A stretch of DNA of 63,722 nucleotides, counting the filler, from Neolecta irregularis DAH-3 (Eukaryota), in NCBI GenBank assembly GCA_001929475.1. It is 12 parts of 12 records of this genome, joined end to end, with 100 filler letters (N's around TTAATTAATTAA, not from the genome) between each part and the next. Parts side by side here need not be neighbours in the genome. Positions count along the whole stretch, not along the records: positions 9,748 to 32,261 come from LXFE01001113.1; positions 32,362 to 35,087 come from LXFE01001115.1; positions 35,188 to 38,683 come from LXFE01001118.1; 9 more parts are not named here. One strand, written 5' to 3'. The position numbers were made by a program, and so were the translations under genes. Below, piece after piece: positions 23,444 through 38,134 of the stretch (position 1 is the stretch's first letter; every line of letters starts with the position of its first letter). Under the pieces are notes generated by a model. That model had not been told where the DNA came from. It worked only from the letters and a program-made list of their open reading frames with translations, and did no database searches.

Positions 23444-26385
23444 TTAAGGCCCTTTCTCTTTCTCTTTCTTCAGATAAGCAAGAAAGGCCTTTTTGTGTAC
23501 AACTCCGAAGAATTCAGAATTCTCAGTGACACATAAATATCGTAAACCGAGTTTAACAAACATTTCAAAGACCAATGCAATTGGTGCATTCTTGCTCAAT
23601 GAGATTGGAGACTTCGTGTTAGGAGAAGATTAGGCTTTGAAATACCTGGTCCACGTACTGTCGAAAATCTGTGGTTTCCTGGTTTATAAGAAAAGATTCG
23701 ATACTGCTATTCTCTATGACTTTGTCGTCAAAAGGCCCGAATTGACACATCAATTCACTTATGGGGAAATGAGGATGACCTGCCACCATAATATCTTGAC
23801 CGTCAATGGAGTGGAAAATACATTTTTACCCAAAGCATGTTCGAGTTCTGATATAGCGATGTAACCGACCAACAGGCCATCTCGAACAATCGGAAATCCA
23901 CCGTCATTATAACCCTTATCGTGAACAAGATTGAGTTTTTCGCGAATCAAGTCTGCCCTTAAACTCCAGCTGTGACTTACGTCTAAAGTGGAGATCTGGG
24001 CGAGTGGAGACCGAGCAAGGATGTGTGACAACTGACCCTCGAAATCTCGAGTTGTCTTCGTTTCAAGATAAGGAAATTCTTGCAAGTCGATGCAAAGATT
24101 ATAGATTCCATTAGGCTCAATGGCATCAGCCGTCCACTTAGATACCAAAATCGCAATCATCAAAGGCTTCCCATTAGCATGTAAGCATGCGAGAATTGTT
24201 TACCGTGACATAATTAAGACTTCCTGTAAGCTCAAACATTATGACTGCTAAACTGACAGTCATCCGTGTGACACCTGCTAATGCTGCAGCAGCACCTAAG
24301 ATGTAAGCGGCTTTGAATCATGAATAGCTTGCCAACAAGCGCATACGTCCCGGGCACAATGCATTCTATTGGTGAGCTTCCATGGCACGCTGAGAATGCC
24401 GAAGACTGAGGATTATTACTGGGTCATTAGTGTCAATGTCAATATGTCTTATACAAAAAGGCATATTGTACCAACAACCCCGCTATTCGTCCTGCAATTG
24501 CACCGACAGCAAGAGTTGGAATGAAGATGCCTGCAGGTACTTTTATCCCGAAAGTAATGATGGTGAGAATGATTTTGATTGCTAGAGCAATAAATAAAGA
24601 GCCGGTCAGGCCAGGAATGACCGAAGGTTCCCAGCCGCAGAAACCGTGTCCGCCTACATCATTCGAACACTCTGAGAAAAGCTCTCCTACGAGTTCAGGT
24701 CCGCTCAGTCTCGTATAGGGATTGCGAAAGGTTACAATGGCGGTTAAGAGAACAACACCAAGTACTTCGAGTAATGGATTTTTCTTTATGAAGTTCAATG
24801 TTCGGAAACTCTTCGACCACATCATGTTCAATTTGCAGAATAGCGCCCCATAAACACCTCCGAGCATACCGAGAAGAAGGAAGATGACTATTTCAGGATT
24901 CTTCCATTCATGGTCGTGATATGACACTTCAAAGACGACGATCTTACCGGTGCCGTTAGGATTGAGCATTTTAAGTGTTATGACGGCGATTATTGCGCAG
25001 AAGTAACTTCTCCACATAGTCTTGGGAGGGAAAAAATGTGAAACCTCCTCGAGACTGAAGAGAACGCCTCCAATAGGTCTTACTGTAAGTAACCAAGCTA
25101 AGGGTTGGGCATACGCTGCGAATGCAACAGCAACACCAGCTGCACTGCTCGCACTAAGTATTTCCCGCCGCTTACCCTCATTATTTCCATATTTCGTCCA
25201 TAAGCGACACAACACATTGCCAACACAACAAGCGATGTGTACGAATGGACCTATTTGTAAACACGGGGAAACAGGAGATGAAAGATGACACACCCTCTTT
25301 TCCCAGGCTCAAGCCAGAGGCTACACTGAGGGTAAGACCGATAGCTTTAACAATAAGTGTACGAAGACCCAAAGATCCTCGGAGAACGAATCCACTAAGG
25401 ATAACTTTCACTTCAGGGATACCGGACCCGGCTGCAAGGTATGTAACCTTTTTGGGCAGATTGTCGTTCTGATTGGTATTTGGGGGCACAGACTTTGTGG
25501 TAAGAGTAAGGAGACAGGATACAGTCGCGAGGATAACAGCAACAACGGTCCAGACAAGATGATCGATATTCTGAGAATCGACCGATGTATGGCGAAAGAC
25601 TTCAGACCAAGTTTTCCAGGTTGGACAAGTGTCTTCAAGATCAACGTCGCGACAACAGAAGCTATAATCCCACAACCAGTAGGCTAGATGGTCAGCATCG
25701 AATCACTCGAGATGAAATGTACTTGTACAATAGCCTTCTTTCCAATCGAAGAGGCGAGATTCGAAGATATTCACACAGTATGCAATAACTGCAGTACATA
25801 CCCCTACAATGTCAGGGATCCGCCGCCTTTTCAAAATCTCATTATTACCAATAATTCCGACAATTAGCCAACCTTGGAGTGCATCAAGCGCCTCAATTGC
25901 CTTGCCACGGATCCCTTTGATGGAATGTACTTTCTTTCTTCTCTGAGCATCCTTGACAGAATCATGAAGCCAGTCTATAGAACTGTCAAAAATACAACTC
26001 TGACGATGATCTAACCTATAGTTGTGTAGTTGTCGTACCAAACCCTCTCTCCGATTCCAGAACCAAATAGGTTATTGGCATCAGCATCATATTGGGCATC
26101 CCTATTTGTGAATACATCCGATGACCTCCAATTTAGACGAGCTCTTCTCCCATCACCAATTGGAAGCCGGTCTGAGGCGTCATCTGCAGACCGAAATCTG
26201 GCTATTGTCTTTGGAGTGATAGGAACAGATTGATAACCACTAATGTGAACGTTAGACTTGGAGAAGAAGGATTGCTACTGGTTGTTGTCATTTCGCGAGG
26301 CTATGAGCCGTGAATTTTCAGATACCGAACCATCATCCATACTAAAGGCCCTTCGAAGCGAATGTAGTCTTTTTGCATTCGTCAT
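23444..26385 (-). CDS. CLC chloride channel / H+-Cl- antiporter with CBS domains
   Basis: GSGIPE, GKEGP, PIGGVLFSLEE, GIFIP and GVTRMTVSL signatures; C-terminal CBS-like region. Confidence 0.95.
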
Positions 26386-26535
26386 AGAAAATGGTGATCC
26401 AGATTAGTCCTGTGTATCTGGTATCTACAACGTGCGATAGCGAGGAAGGAGATAGCGGCGCCCCTGTATTAAGATCTGCCCCTGGGGCGCTACGTGGCAT
26501 GACATCACTTTAATAGCCCCATTCACCACCTTACA

Positions 26536-27441
26536 ATGGCAGACAACTTACAGGATATGATAGTATGCTTAGGCGACAGGTATGTTATACTTAGACAGCT
26601 TTTGTCTGATCGATTCAAGTATTACACAGGGTGCTTGCAACCCAGAATTGTTCGGTTATGTAAGCGCATTAGAGTTTTCGTACTCTCGGCGACTCGATGT
26701 GGTTTGTCGTGGCTTCAGCGGGTGGGGCACACATTTTGCGTTAAGAGCTATCAGCTTACAAATGCGAGTTTTACCAGCGAACACGCACGGTATATATTTC
26801 CCCGAATCGTTCCCCCCTTCAATTCAGGCTCTAAGACTCGACTCCTCATAATTTTCTTTGGGGCAAACGATGCTTGTGTTCCTGGCACAGATCAATATGT
26901 ATTTTGCCTTACAATTTGCGTGTCGATCACTTACTAAAAGGTATCGAAAGATCGCTTTCAAGACAACCTCAGCTACATGGTGAATTACAAGGCTCTGCAC
27001 GAACATAACCCTAATATTCGCATCCTTCTAGTTGGTCCACCACCAATCTGCGCGCATCGATCGGGAGATAAAGACAAAGAAAATGGACGCTTGCCACGGC
27101 GAACTGCCCAACGTACCAGGGAATACGCGATCGCTGCTAAAGACGCTGCTCAAAAGCTCGGGGTCCCATATGTGGATCTTTGGACAACATTCATGCAAGA
27201 AATCTGTTGGAAGGAAGGAGATCCTTTGATTGGAGATCTTACAGAACCAAGGAGCAAACATCTTGGGGAACTATTACCCGATGGACTGCATCCAAGCGGA
27301 GAGGGGTATAGAGTTATTTTCGCGGCCCTGATGGAGTCAATCCATGAGAACTTCTCTGAGCTTGTCCCAGAAGCTTTAGAATTTACAATACCGCCCTGGG
27401 ATAAGCTGGAATGTCCAGCAGATCTTGCCTTGGTGTCATAG
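26536..27441 (+). CDS. IAH1: SGNH/GDSL esterase, isoamyl-acetate hydrolase-like
   Basis: GDSITQ, RGFSG, FFGANDA and DGLHP blocks across 3 introns. Confidence 0.9.
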
Positions 27442-28491
27442 ATATAAATCGTGAGGAGATTCCTATATGCTAATATATATTACGTGATGCATATAGCAAC
27501 CACTTCCATATTCTTTTCAATCCCATACCCTCCACTAGTAAATAATTTAAAATGGCGAGGACTGATGGATCAAAATTTACAATGCTCTTTGGAAGCCGGA
27601 ACAGCAAATGCCATATTGACCACCCTATGGATTTCAAGATAGGCAAGGATACAATTAGAAGTTTTTCAAGTTTTCCTTTTTGAACCGATACAAGCATTGA
27701 GCTATGAGGACGAGTTCAACCGCAAGAGCTCTAGTTAACTCATTTTAATCGAGCATATACCATCAGTGTGGTCAACTTGCAACCCAACAACCCACCAGAA
27801 TACTATCTCGGCGATTGGCCACACTGTATACCATCGGCTCTAACAATGCTAGGATTTGTGCCCCAGCCAGTATCTTTGAATGACTACGAAGATGTTAACA
27901 CTGCTTTCCTCCGCATTCTCTGTCCACCCCTGCTTTGGAACAGGCTAACATGGAGCCCTGTCATATGTCAACAATCTAGGAAAGGATATCTCCATGGTCC
28001 CAGTCACCACAAATCTGATAATCTCTTTGGCCCATAATCATATGAGTTGCGACACCCTTGTGTTTTGTCAACTTCAGGTAGATTGCCGTCGAGATGATTT
28101 ATTATTTTTCTGTATAATACATGGGCTGAGTCAACCGACATTGAGGAATCATTATTCTTAGTTGACTGTATGCAAATAAAATGTACTTGCAAGTCTGTCT
28201 TTGAAGCTTTCAAGACGTTTTAGTCAAAGGGTTTTGGCTCCGTCTGAGCGGATAGTAGAGTCACATTATAAGCAGGCAATGTAAAAAGAAAAATTAACAA
28301 ACAGAAACAGAATAATTACTTTCTAGTATATTTGAATTTCAAAAGCTTTTCCGAATTTAGGAAGTTACTCCACGCGTCAGCCCAAGTCCCAGCTCGCTCT
28401 CTGACAGGTGACCAAACACATCGGCCACCACAAATCTCTTTATCGGCTCTTATCGTCTTGCCTGCCCTTTTCTGTTGTTCATGCAGCGTAG

Positions 28492-31027
28492 ATGAGCGCA
28501 AAACCGGAGATCATCGAGCAGTTTCGCGAAGTTGTGTGGTATTCACTTGACAATAATCTACTACAAAATGCCCATTTCGTCGCAGAGCGCCTACTCGCAT
28601 ATAACGACACTAATTCCGGCTCAAAGCACCTCCTTGCTCTTTGTCTTTTTCGACAAGGAAAATGCGACGCTGCACTGAGACTCACTGAAAGTGTTAGGCA
28701 TATTGGTTGTGCTTATGTATATGGCCAATGTTGTTTACAATTGAATCGATGCAAAGACGGGATAACAGCTCTCGAAAACATTTCCTCATACTGGAACAAC
28801 ACCTCTACACTCTGTAGGTACTATTGCTGCTTGTGCAAAATATTAACTTCTTCAGACGACCATACCGATAAAAAACGGCGACACATTCCAGATGCAGGAG
28901 CAGTGTATTGCCTTTTGGGTCATTTGAGTAGTCAAGGGGGTGGAACAATCAGAAAGTCGATGGAATATTATGTATCTGCTGTGAAGGCTAATCCATTCTT
29001 GTGGGAAGCTTTCGACGGATTATGTAAGCTTGGTAAGATGTATTCATTATGCTTGATCTGATTTAAAGGTATCAAACTCAGGGTAAGAAATATTTTCAGG
29101 CCTGTCCAAGGTATGGCTTCGACGGACGAGCTTCTACGCAATCATATCGAGGAGGAACAGCAGAATATACCACCTGACCTGGAGGTCCTAGATCTCTTCA
29201 ACTCCGGGGGAAAGGCCAATTTTTCTACAAAACCTATTTTCAACATTCAATCAGACATACACATTAGCCATACTAACGAAAACGGCACTCCAGGGTACAG
29301 TTGTTTGGCTAATGGAAACTGACAACACGAGAACTCCGACTTTTGGATCAAATCCATCTGAACTTAATAGGAACGGTCTCGGTGGTCTTTCCTTTGCTAC
29401 GCCAACTGAGCAATCAAAACCTTTACGATCAAGAACTCGTGGTACATTTGATTTCTCCAAGCCCAAAGTCTCTTCACGTCTAGGTAATGACCAGACGGTA
29501 CGGTTTCACCCCTTCGAGAGGCTAAGAGACCAGAAGAAACTGGGTCATAGTGACATAGCCAATGAATCTTCTGCACCTATACGAAGAAGCACAAGGTTGC
29601 TGCCCAATGCCTCCAAATTCACGTCAAGGTTTACCTCCGCGAACACAGCGAACGTGATTCGAGAGCGAGAGCCGAAGAAAATGAAATCCACTGCGAAGTT
29701 GAGGATAAACTCTGCCAATAGTGACGTGGAAATGAAGGATGTATGGTGGTTCTAATTTGGCCCTATCCTCTAATTTACAGGTTCATTCTCAACCAGGAGA
29801 GCGACAAATTATGACTTCTTACGAGCGGGCACAGTCCGAACGATTTGTGCTTGACCTTCTTCGAATATGCGGTGAGGGATATTACAATCTACAAAGATTT
29901 CAGTGCGTCAAATCGGTCGAGGCATTTTTAAAGTTGCCGCCTTCTCAACAGAATACTTCTTTCGTATTGTCGCGAATAGGACGCGCTTACTTTGAAATGG
30001 TGAATTATATTGAGGTAGAGATGTTATTTCAATGCGCTTACTAAATGAAGGCTGACAAAGCATTCAAAAGACTGCGTGAAATTGATCCTTCGCGCCTTGA
30101 GGACATGGAAATCTATTCAACACTTCTATGGCACCAGCGAGAAGATGTTCGCCTGTCATATTTAGCTCATGAATTGCTCGATACAAATCGATTTGCGCCG
30201 GAAGCCTGGTGCGCAATTGGAAATTGCTTTAGTCTTCAACGGGACCATGATCAAGCGCTTAAATGCTTTCAGCGAGCAGTTCAACTGGACCCCAGATTTG
30301 CGTATGCATACACTCTCCAAGGTCATGAATATGCCCTAAATGAAGAATTTGAGAAGGCTCAAACTGCGTTTCGAAGTGCCCTCCGTGTTGACAGATGGCA
30401 TTATAATGCCTGGTATGGACTGGGCATGGTGTCCTTCAAAATTGGGAATAATTCTTCCGCGGCATATCACTTTAGAGAGGCAGAGAAAATCAACCCTACT
30501 AACGCTATCCTCTCTTGCTTTGTTGGAATGGTATGATTGAGTTCACGATATTCAGCCAATATTCGGTAGGTTCTAGAACGAGAGAATCAGTTTGCAGAGG
30601 CACTAGACCAATATGTTAAGGCATGTGGACTCGCCCCGAATAGTGCACTATGCCGATTCAAAAAAGCGAAATCCTGCATTCACCTCCATTATTATGAGGT
30701 ACTACATCATTGCTATGTTTATTTTCTCATTTGTAGTCCGCCCTTGAAGATTTGATTTATCTGAAAGATCTCGCACCCGATGAAGCCAGCGTACATTTCC
30801 TACTAGGAAAACTATACAAGCACTTCGGTAACAAGCCTAATGCCATGCGCCACTTCACTCTCGCTCAGAACCTGGATCCGAAGGCAAGGTTCGCAGCCTT
30901 TTTCTTCCTTCATTTTAACTCAATCTGTAGTCATCTCATTCGCGAGTGTATCGAACGCCTGGACGAGCCAGAAGACGAAGTGCTAAAGCCAGCGGGAGAA
31001 GTGTATAAAAATTTGGATGACGAATAG
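28492..31027 (+). CDS. CDC27: APC/C TPR subunit Apc3
   Basis: NAHFVAERL, NPFLWEAF, MEIYSTLLWH, EAWCAIGNCFSLQRDHDQA, YAYTLQGHE, HYNAWYGLG. Confidence 0.96.
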
Positions 31028-32544
31028 TTGGAGTATTGTGAACTAGTAGCATTTCCATGATGTCCTTTCAGCTTGCATTCTCTTTTCGCTGTACATAATA
31101 GGCCTGCAACTTCTCATTTAGGTAATACTAGTCAATCTGCCCGAAGTTACGCTGTTGAATAAATCGCTAATTATTCTAATAAGTACCCAAATAGGTATGG
31201 AAGAAACCCACTGTCGCAGAAAGAAAAATGAGCAGCACTGGGACATTGAAGTTTCAGAGACAAACTAACAAGCTGGGAAAAGGACAACTAGGAGACCTAA
31301 TGGTTGAAAGCTCTGAAGATTGAGGTTATCAAATGCTTTTAACAGGACCTCGGAAAGTATTGTAACGGAGACTCCCTCCTGGAGCAAGTCTGGATAGTGT
31401 GAAGGAGAGGTACAATCATATCCCGGTAGAAGAGAGCTGCATAGCCCAGGCACTAGGCGCTTGTATATAATTAGCACCATGTGGACGGTGGCCGTCATCT
31501 TGTTAGTGACGACTCACTGCCACATAGATAGTCACCTCTCCTCTGTAACAAGTATGCTTTGAGGGATCTGAGTAAGGGAAGAGAAGAAAAAATGAGTGCG
31601 TTATCGTCAATGAAACTAGGGGTTCCGTAACCCATTGGCAGAAAGAAAATGTATAGCATAGTAGTTTAATAGTTTTATGAGCTAAAGCCAAGCAAGGTAA
31701 ATAGAAAGAGATTATATCAAAAGGAAATTTGAAGGTAATTACGAGTTACCCAACTTTTCCATCATGTTATCGAGTCAACGGGATATGGTGAGATAGTATA
31801 AGCGTATATCTATCTTGACACGCTTTACGAATACGGAAGGAAGGCTTGCATTAATATTGCGGCAATCATATAGATAGGCGGCTCATACCTAGCCAAGTCG
31901 CCAATACTTAGGCTAGCAACAATACAACCTAGTCTTATTCGTATCTGGGCTTCAATACTGACAGATAGCTAAGACTGGGATATGTTTATTCAATGATAAC
32001 GGCTAAATCGAGTGTTTGTAGGCATACATTTACTTCAGCGGATTCAGAGTAGGCTGGCAGAGAAGGCAAGGCGGTAAATTATGGATGCTGATTGACATTG
32101 GAATGAGGTATAAAAAGTGATCAATTGGTGATAACAGAATTCAGGGTGCGTTTTGCAACTCCCTCAAAATAATTTTGGCTGCGTTTGGCGCGCCCTTAAC
32201 AAATTGTAATTTTAGGCTCGCGTTTGGTGCGCTCCACATTTATATGTCCAAATCTCAATGCNNNNNNNNNNNNNNNNNNNNNNNNNNNNNNNNNNNNNNN
32301 NNNNNTTAATTAATTAANNNNNNNNNNNNNNNNNNNNNNNNNNNNNNNNNNNNNNNNNNNNATGTACATGATATTGTCCCTCTAACATGAGATCTGCTCA
32401 ATCCCCAGTCCTCGCCAAGCAAACGAGTGTTGTAACATCCTCAAGCGAGAATGTAACATCCTCAAACGAGGTTGTCATCCTCAGTTGTAGATTATATATT
32501 ATGATTGCTGTTTTATTTATATCATCCAACCACCACTCCTATCC

Positions 32545-35087
32545 ATGGCAGACGAACCATCGGCAATCCTCGAATGGGTATTCGCCCCCTTTCGCTTTCC
32601 TAACCCAGATCAACACATTCAACCTCAAATCCCGCCCTCGCACCATCACAGACATCACAGACGGATTCATCCTCGCAAAAATACTCCACGACATTGATCC
32701 AAAATTCTTCCCAGAACCCGCTTCCGCCCCTCAATCACATTCATGGGTCATCCGCTTCAACAGCCGTATCCTCCCCGCATATCCCTACTGATCTCAGTCA
32801 AGCGCCTGCATAAACAGTTGCAAAAGTATTACACAAATGTCCTCGCACATCCTCCCCCAAAGATCGTCCCAAATATATCCGCAATCGCAAAAGATGCCTC
32901 AAAGGACGAAACTGTAAAGCTGTTTAGGCTGCTCATCCTCACCGCGGTACAAAGCGAGCGCCGCGAAATATACATTGGCAAAATCAGGAGTCTCAGCAGA
33001 ACAGCCCAGACAGATCTCATGCATGCAATCGAAAAGGTGCTCCCACTGTTCCTGCTCATCTAACTCCGAGGCAACTGCACAAGAAAAACCCGCGCATGAA
33101 CACTCGCACAGCTCTTCAAACACCTCCTCCCCCACGCCTTTTCATTTCGAGGAACAAATGGCAACCATCCTCAGAGAAAAGGATTCCCTACTAAAAGCAA
33201 ACAAAGACCTCGATTCTCAGCTCGCACAAACAAAGAGCGATTATGTATACTTGTCCAATCCATCCTCTTACCCACAGGAACAACTACAAAAGGAAAACGA
33301 GACCTTGTCCAAAACTGTTCAAGATTCAGAAATTGCCACAAAATCTTATCTTGACAAGGCCGACCAACATCTTCGCTCACAAATTGAATCCATTCGAGCA
33401 GAAGTGTATGCCCCTCATCTTCCTCTGTTCATTATAGAACTTGTCTCGAAGCAAAACTCGCAGAAAGAGATATAACTATTCATGAGCAATCCGGCCAAAT
33501 CAGCCAGCTTTGTCGAAAGGTTGAAGATCTTTTGCCCTCCGTGGACGAGAATCGCCACCTTCGCGACCAAATCCAAGAACTCTCTCCGCTTGTCGAAAAA
33601 TCCCACAAACTCGAAAACATCGTTGAGAAATACCGCAAAAAGATCGAAGAGGGCAACGATCTCGTCAAGCAACTACAAGAAGCCGAAGAACGTTCTCTTT
33701 CTCTTTCCGCAGAATTACAAAAAACTCAAGACCACCTTGCTAAATTAGAAGCAAGCGCCATATTAATGGAATCGTATAAACGCGAAATAGCAACTTTTCA
33801 AGATTCGCATTCTGCTCGAGCCAGAGAAAGAGTTGCACTCGATCACCAACTCGACACTTTTACCAAAGAGAAAAAGGAATACGAGTTGGAGAAAATACGT
33901 GATGCCGAACATATTCAATTACTACAAGATCGTTTAAAAGAATATGAAACTGAATCTCCTAAAACTCTAGACCAAATATCTTCAAATTTACAAATTGAAA
34001 TGAACGGTGAAACGAGAACTGAAATGTACAGTTTTATTTATTTCAATATTCATTTTTAGGAAGTTGAAGATTAATCAATTACAACGGGAACTAGACGCCA
34101 TTCGACGCTCCGACGATTCATCTTCCGAGTTTTTAATTTTAAAGGCCTTGTATTCAGATGCCCTGGCCGTTAAAGAAAAATTTGAAAAGGAGATCATTGG
34201 ATTACATCAAGAGAAACTAAGTTTACAAAGAGAATTTGAAGCAATGCAGAGTTTTTCACCGGAAAAGTATGCAATACATCTATGCAACCTAACACCCAGA
34301 TCGAGATATGTGACTGAACTTCGCGAGAGATGTCTGAAAGCTGAATCCCAGGTTGAAGCTGAATACCAGGTTGAAGCTGAATCCCAGGTTGTCGAAGAGA
34401 AAAAGAAACTCGTAGAGTATCAAGTTGATGGGAGTAATGAATCCGAACGCTCCCAAAACATAGATTTACTTGATCGCTTACTCGTTAACGATTTACAAAA
34501 GGAATTACTTCAAAGATCAAGGTATCACATCACCATCAATCCACTAATAAACAGTAAACAACGCAAAGATTCAAATAGTACGGCCAACGACGATACAGAG
34601 ACAAGCGCAAAAACAGGAGATCAAGATCGTGTGGCAGAACTCGCTGCTCAACTAGATGAAATGAAGAGAAAAATGACCAGAGCAAAAGAAGTATACATGT
34701 TCTTTATTATATCTAAACCCCAGTTTATCAAGAAACAAGATATCGTCATGAAGGAAAAAGATTTAATTATAAAGGTAGTTTCGTCGTATGAAATGCTGAT
34801 ATCTAGAACACTACACATGCTACATCTGCAGAATCCCAGATTACTCAACTCAAGGTTTCCTTGTTCCCGGTATCTCTAACAATTAAGCAATCGCACGAAG
34901 AAACAGTGGCCGGTTTGCGTCGAGAATTGCAATTAATGTCGTCTGCATGGTACAATCTCAGCAATCGCATGCAACGAGATAATGTCGTGATCAAGAGATC
35001 AGCGGCCAGTCCAACTTCATGGTTGTCTAATCAAAGGCAAAACCTCGATGTTAGAATACGTCCCCAAATAAGTTTTTCTCATTAGAA
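32545..35087 (+). CDS. HOK1: Hook family dynein adaptor (Hok1/HookA), extreme 3' end at gap
   Basis: Hook domain WINTF..DITDGFILAKILHDIDP, LLILTAVQS; long coiled coil; conserved RELQLMSSAWYNL and SWLSNQR. Confidence 0.9.
34337..34390 (+). repeat. 18-bp in-frame tandem repeat (AESQVE-like, x3) within Hook
   Basis: GAAGCTGAAT(C/A)CCAGGTT units. Confidence 0.8.
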
Positions 35088-35381
35088 NNNNNNNNNNNNN
35101 NNNNNNNNNNNNNNNNNNNNNNNNNNNNNNNTTAATTAATTAANNNNNNNNNNNNNNNNNNNNNNNNNNNNNNNNNNNNNNNNNNNNTTCCACAGATAAA
35201 TTTTCATCTACAGATGGCATGTGCCGCAGACTATGAAAAAGACCGTGGTATATCTGGCAAGTCAAAATATTAACATGAAGAAGGAAAGTGTCTTGGCTGA
35301 TGATATCTCAACATATACATTCACAGAAATCAACATGAATTGGGTGGATCGAACGTTCGAAAACCTTCGATCCTCTCCACC

Positions 35382-35689
35382 ATGTCAATTTCACGTTCCG
35401 AAAAGCCGTATAGTGAGCCAATTCAACAAAAGGCGAATAAAAATGCTCATCCAAGCCTCTGGAGGTCGTATAAAAGTAAATATTCCAGTTATTGATGATA
35501 TTGAGAGCAATGACAGGTATTCCACATAATAAACGACTCGTAATAGGTGCCGGAATACTTGTTTTTGGATTTGCAGGGCTCTTTGTGAGTGACTTTTTGG
35601 AAAAGAAACTTCTGCCAGCGCCTGAGGAAGATAAAGAGGCTTTTAGAAATTCTTTGCCAATAAAGATTGTGACGGTGGATCGACCGTAG
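35382..35689 (+). CDS. Small single-TM protein of unknown function
   Basis: CCACCATG start; intron about 35465-35505; LWRAMTGIPHNKRLVIGAGILVFGFAGLFVSDFLEKK...IVTVDRP. Confidence 0.6.
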
Positions 35690-35889
35690 CACCAAATTTG
35701 TGGCGAGAAATTACATTCAAAGTTCAAAACTCATTCGTTAAATTTTCTGTACATTGTTTATAACAGAGAGGAGAGTGCTTGTATTATGATTACAATGGAA
35801 TATGACAAAAGACATCAGAAAAGAATATCGGGGACCAACCAAAAGGTATGACTATGAACAAACCATGCACTCCGTCCATTTTTGAGACC

Positions 35890-38134
35890 TCACGTCTTTG
35901 TATCTTTAGACTTGTTCTCATTTTCCGTCTCGATGTCTACTGCATCCTCCTTCTGATTTTGTTCAGCGGTGCGGCTCTTGTAGACTTGGTCGAAAAGTTT
36001 GAGCGATGCTTGCTGAACTTCGTCACTCTTTTCTTTGAGTATGTCGGCTGAAATATCTTCCCCTGATTGAGCTTTTGTAACAACTTCCCTGAGGGCAGCC
36101 ATCTTTTCTCTGATCTTGTCGGCTTCATCTTTATCAATTTGAGCTTCGAAATCTTTTAGAGCTTTCTCAGTATCGTTGAGGATAGAGTCGGCTTTATTTG
36201 CATTTTCTATTGAGTTCCTTTTGGCTTGGTCTGCAGCGGCGTTCTTCTCGGCTTCATCGATCATACGTTGGATTTCAGAATCAGAGAGACCGGAGGAGGC
36301 GGCAATAGTGACAGACTGATCCTTTCCAGTTGCCCGATCAGTGGCTCGGACATGGACGAGGCCATCAGCATCAATATCAAAGGTAACTTCAATTTGAGGA
36401 ATGCCCTTTGCAGCAGGTGGAATCCCGACCAGTTGGAAGTTTCCAAGGAGTTTATTATCCCGAACAAGTTCTCTTTCTCCTTGGAAAACCTAAGGTAAAG
36501 TGTTATTGTGATCATCAAGAAGACAACAAACCTTGATTTCAACAGCGTTCTGGCCATCCGCAGCAGTTGAGAAAGTTTGGCTCTTTTTAGTTGGGATAGT
36601 CGTATTTCGATTAATCAGACGTGTGAAAACACCGCCGAGGGTTTCAATTCCAAGGGAAAGGGGTGTAACATCGAGCAAAAGAATATCGGTAACTTCACCA
36701 GATAGGACAGCACCTTGAATGGCGGCACCAATAGCAACAGCTGGCAAGATTAGAAGGAAGAAATCGCCAACGAGACATGCCTTCATCTGGGTTGACGCTC
36801 TTGGCCGGCTCTCGACCGAAATGATTTTTGACACTTTGGAGAACCTTTGGCATTCGAGACATTCCACCGACCATGATGACTTCGTTGATCTCATTGGTGG
36901 AGACACCAGCATCTTTGAGTGCCTTCTTGCAAGGCTCGTGCGTACGTTTAACCAGAGTATCTGTGAGATCTTCAAGTTGTGCTCGAGTAAGTTTAGAGTT
37001 GATGTGTTTAGGTCCAGTGGCGTCGGCAGTGATGAAAGGCAAGTTTATGTCAGTTTGAACTGTAGAAGATAATTCTATCTTGGCTTTTTCAGCTGCTTCA
37101 CGAATACGCTGAATGGCCATTCGGTCATTGCTCAGTTCAATTCCATGTTCTTTCTTGAATTCCTTGACGAGATGTCGAACAAGCACAATGTCGAAATCTT
37201 CACCACCGAGATGAGTGTCACCATTGGTTGACTTGACTTCAAACACGCCCTTGGAAATTTCCATGATGGAGATATCAAAAGTGCCACCACCAAGATCGTA
37301 AACCGCAACGACTTTGTCACCCGTCTTGTCGAGCCCATAAGCAAGGGCAGCGGCGGTGGGTTCGTTGATTACTCGAAGAACGTTGAGACCAGCAATAGCA
37401 CCAGCATCCTCCGATATTAGCAGTCAGCCAGATGAGTGAGACATACTTTTGTAGCTTGCCGTTGTGAATCGTTAAAGTAGGCAGGAACCGTTACAACTGC
37501 GTTCTTTACAGGCTTTCCGAGGAAGGAGTCTGCAGTTTCTTTCATCTTTTGTAAGACAAAGCCACCGATCTGCGACGGAGAATATTTCTGTCCACGAGCC
37601 TCAACCCAGGCATCTCCATTGTTGTGTTTGATGATTTTATAGGGAACTTGTTTGATATCTTTTTGCACTTCTGCATCTTCAAACTTTCGCCCAATCAACC
37701 GTTTCGTAGCAAACAGGGTATTCTCAGGGTTTACAACCGCCTGGCGACGAGCAGCTACACCAACCAGTCTATCGCCTCAGCAACCATTCACCAGAAGAAA
37801 TCTTGCCGGTCTCCTTCTTTGGTGAAGGCGACAACACTAGGCGTGGTCCGAGCACCTTCCGCGTTTTCAATAACACGAGGATTTTTTCCTGGAATAATCA
37901 GGATGATTCAAAGAGCTCTTCTTTACCCTCCATGATAGCTACACAAGAGTTCGTAGTTCCCAAATCGATACCTAGGTACCAGATCAGTTTAAATTCCAGT
38001 TCATATAAATTTATACCGATAACTTGACCAGTAACTTTCCCATTTCCGCTGCTTGCACGGGCATATTTGGGATAGAATGATTGCCTAAGAATGGAAGTAC
38101 TGGTTGTGGATCGTGCGAAACGCGAAAGAAGCAT
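35890..38134 (-). CDS. SSC1: Mitochondrial Hsp70
   Basis: Presequence [64 protein letters not shown]. Confidence 0.97.
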
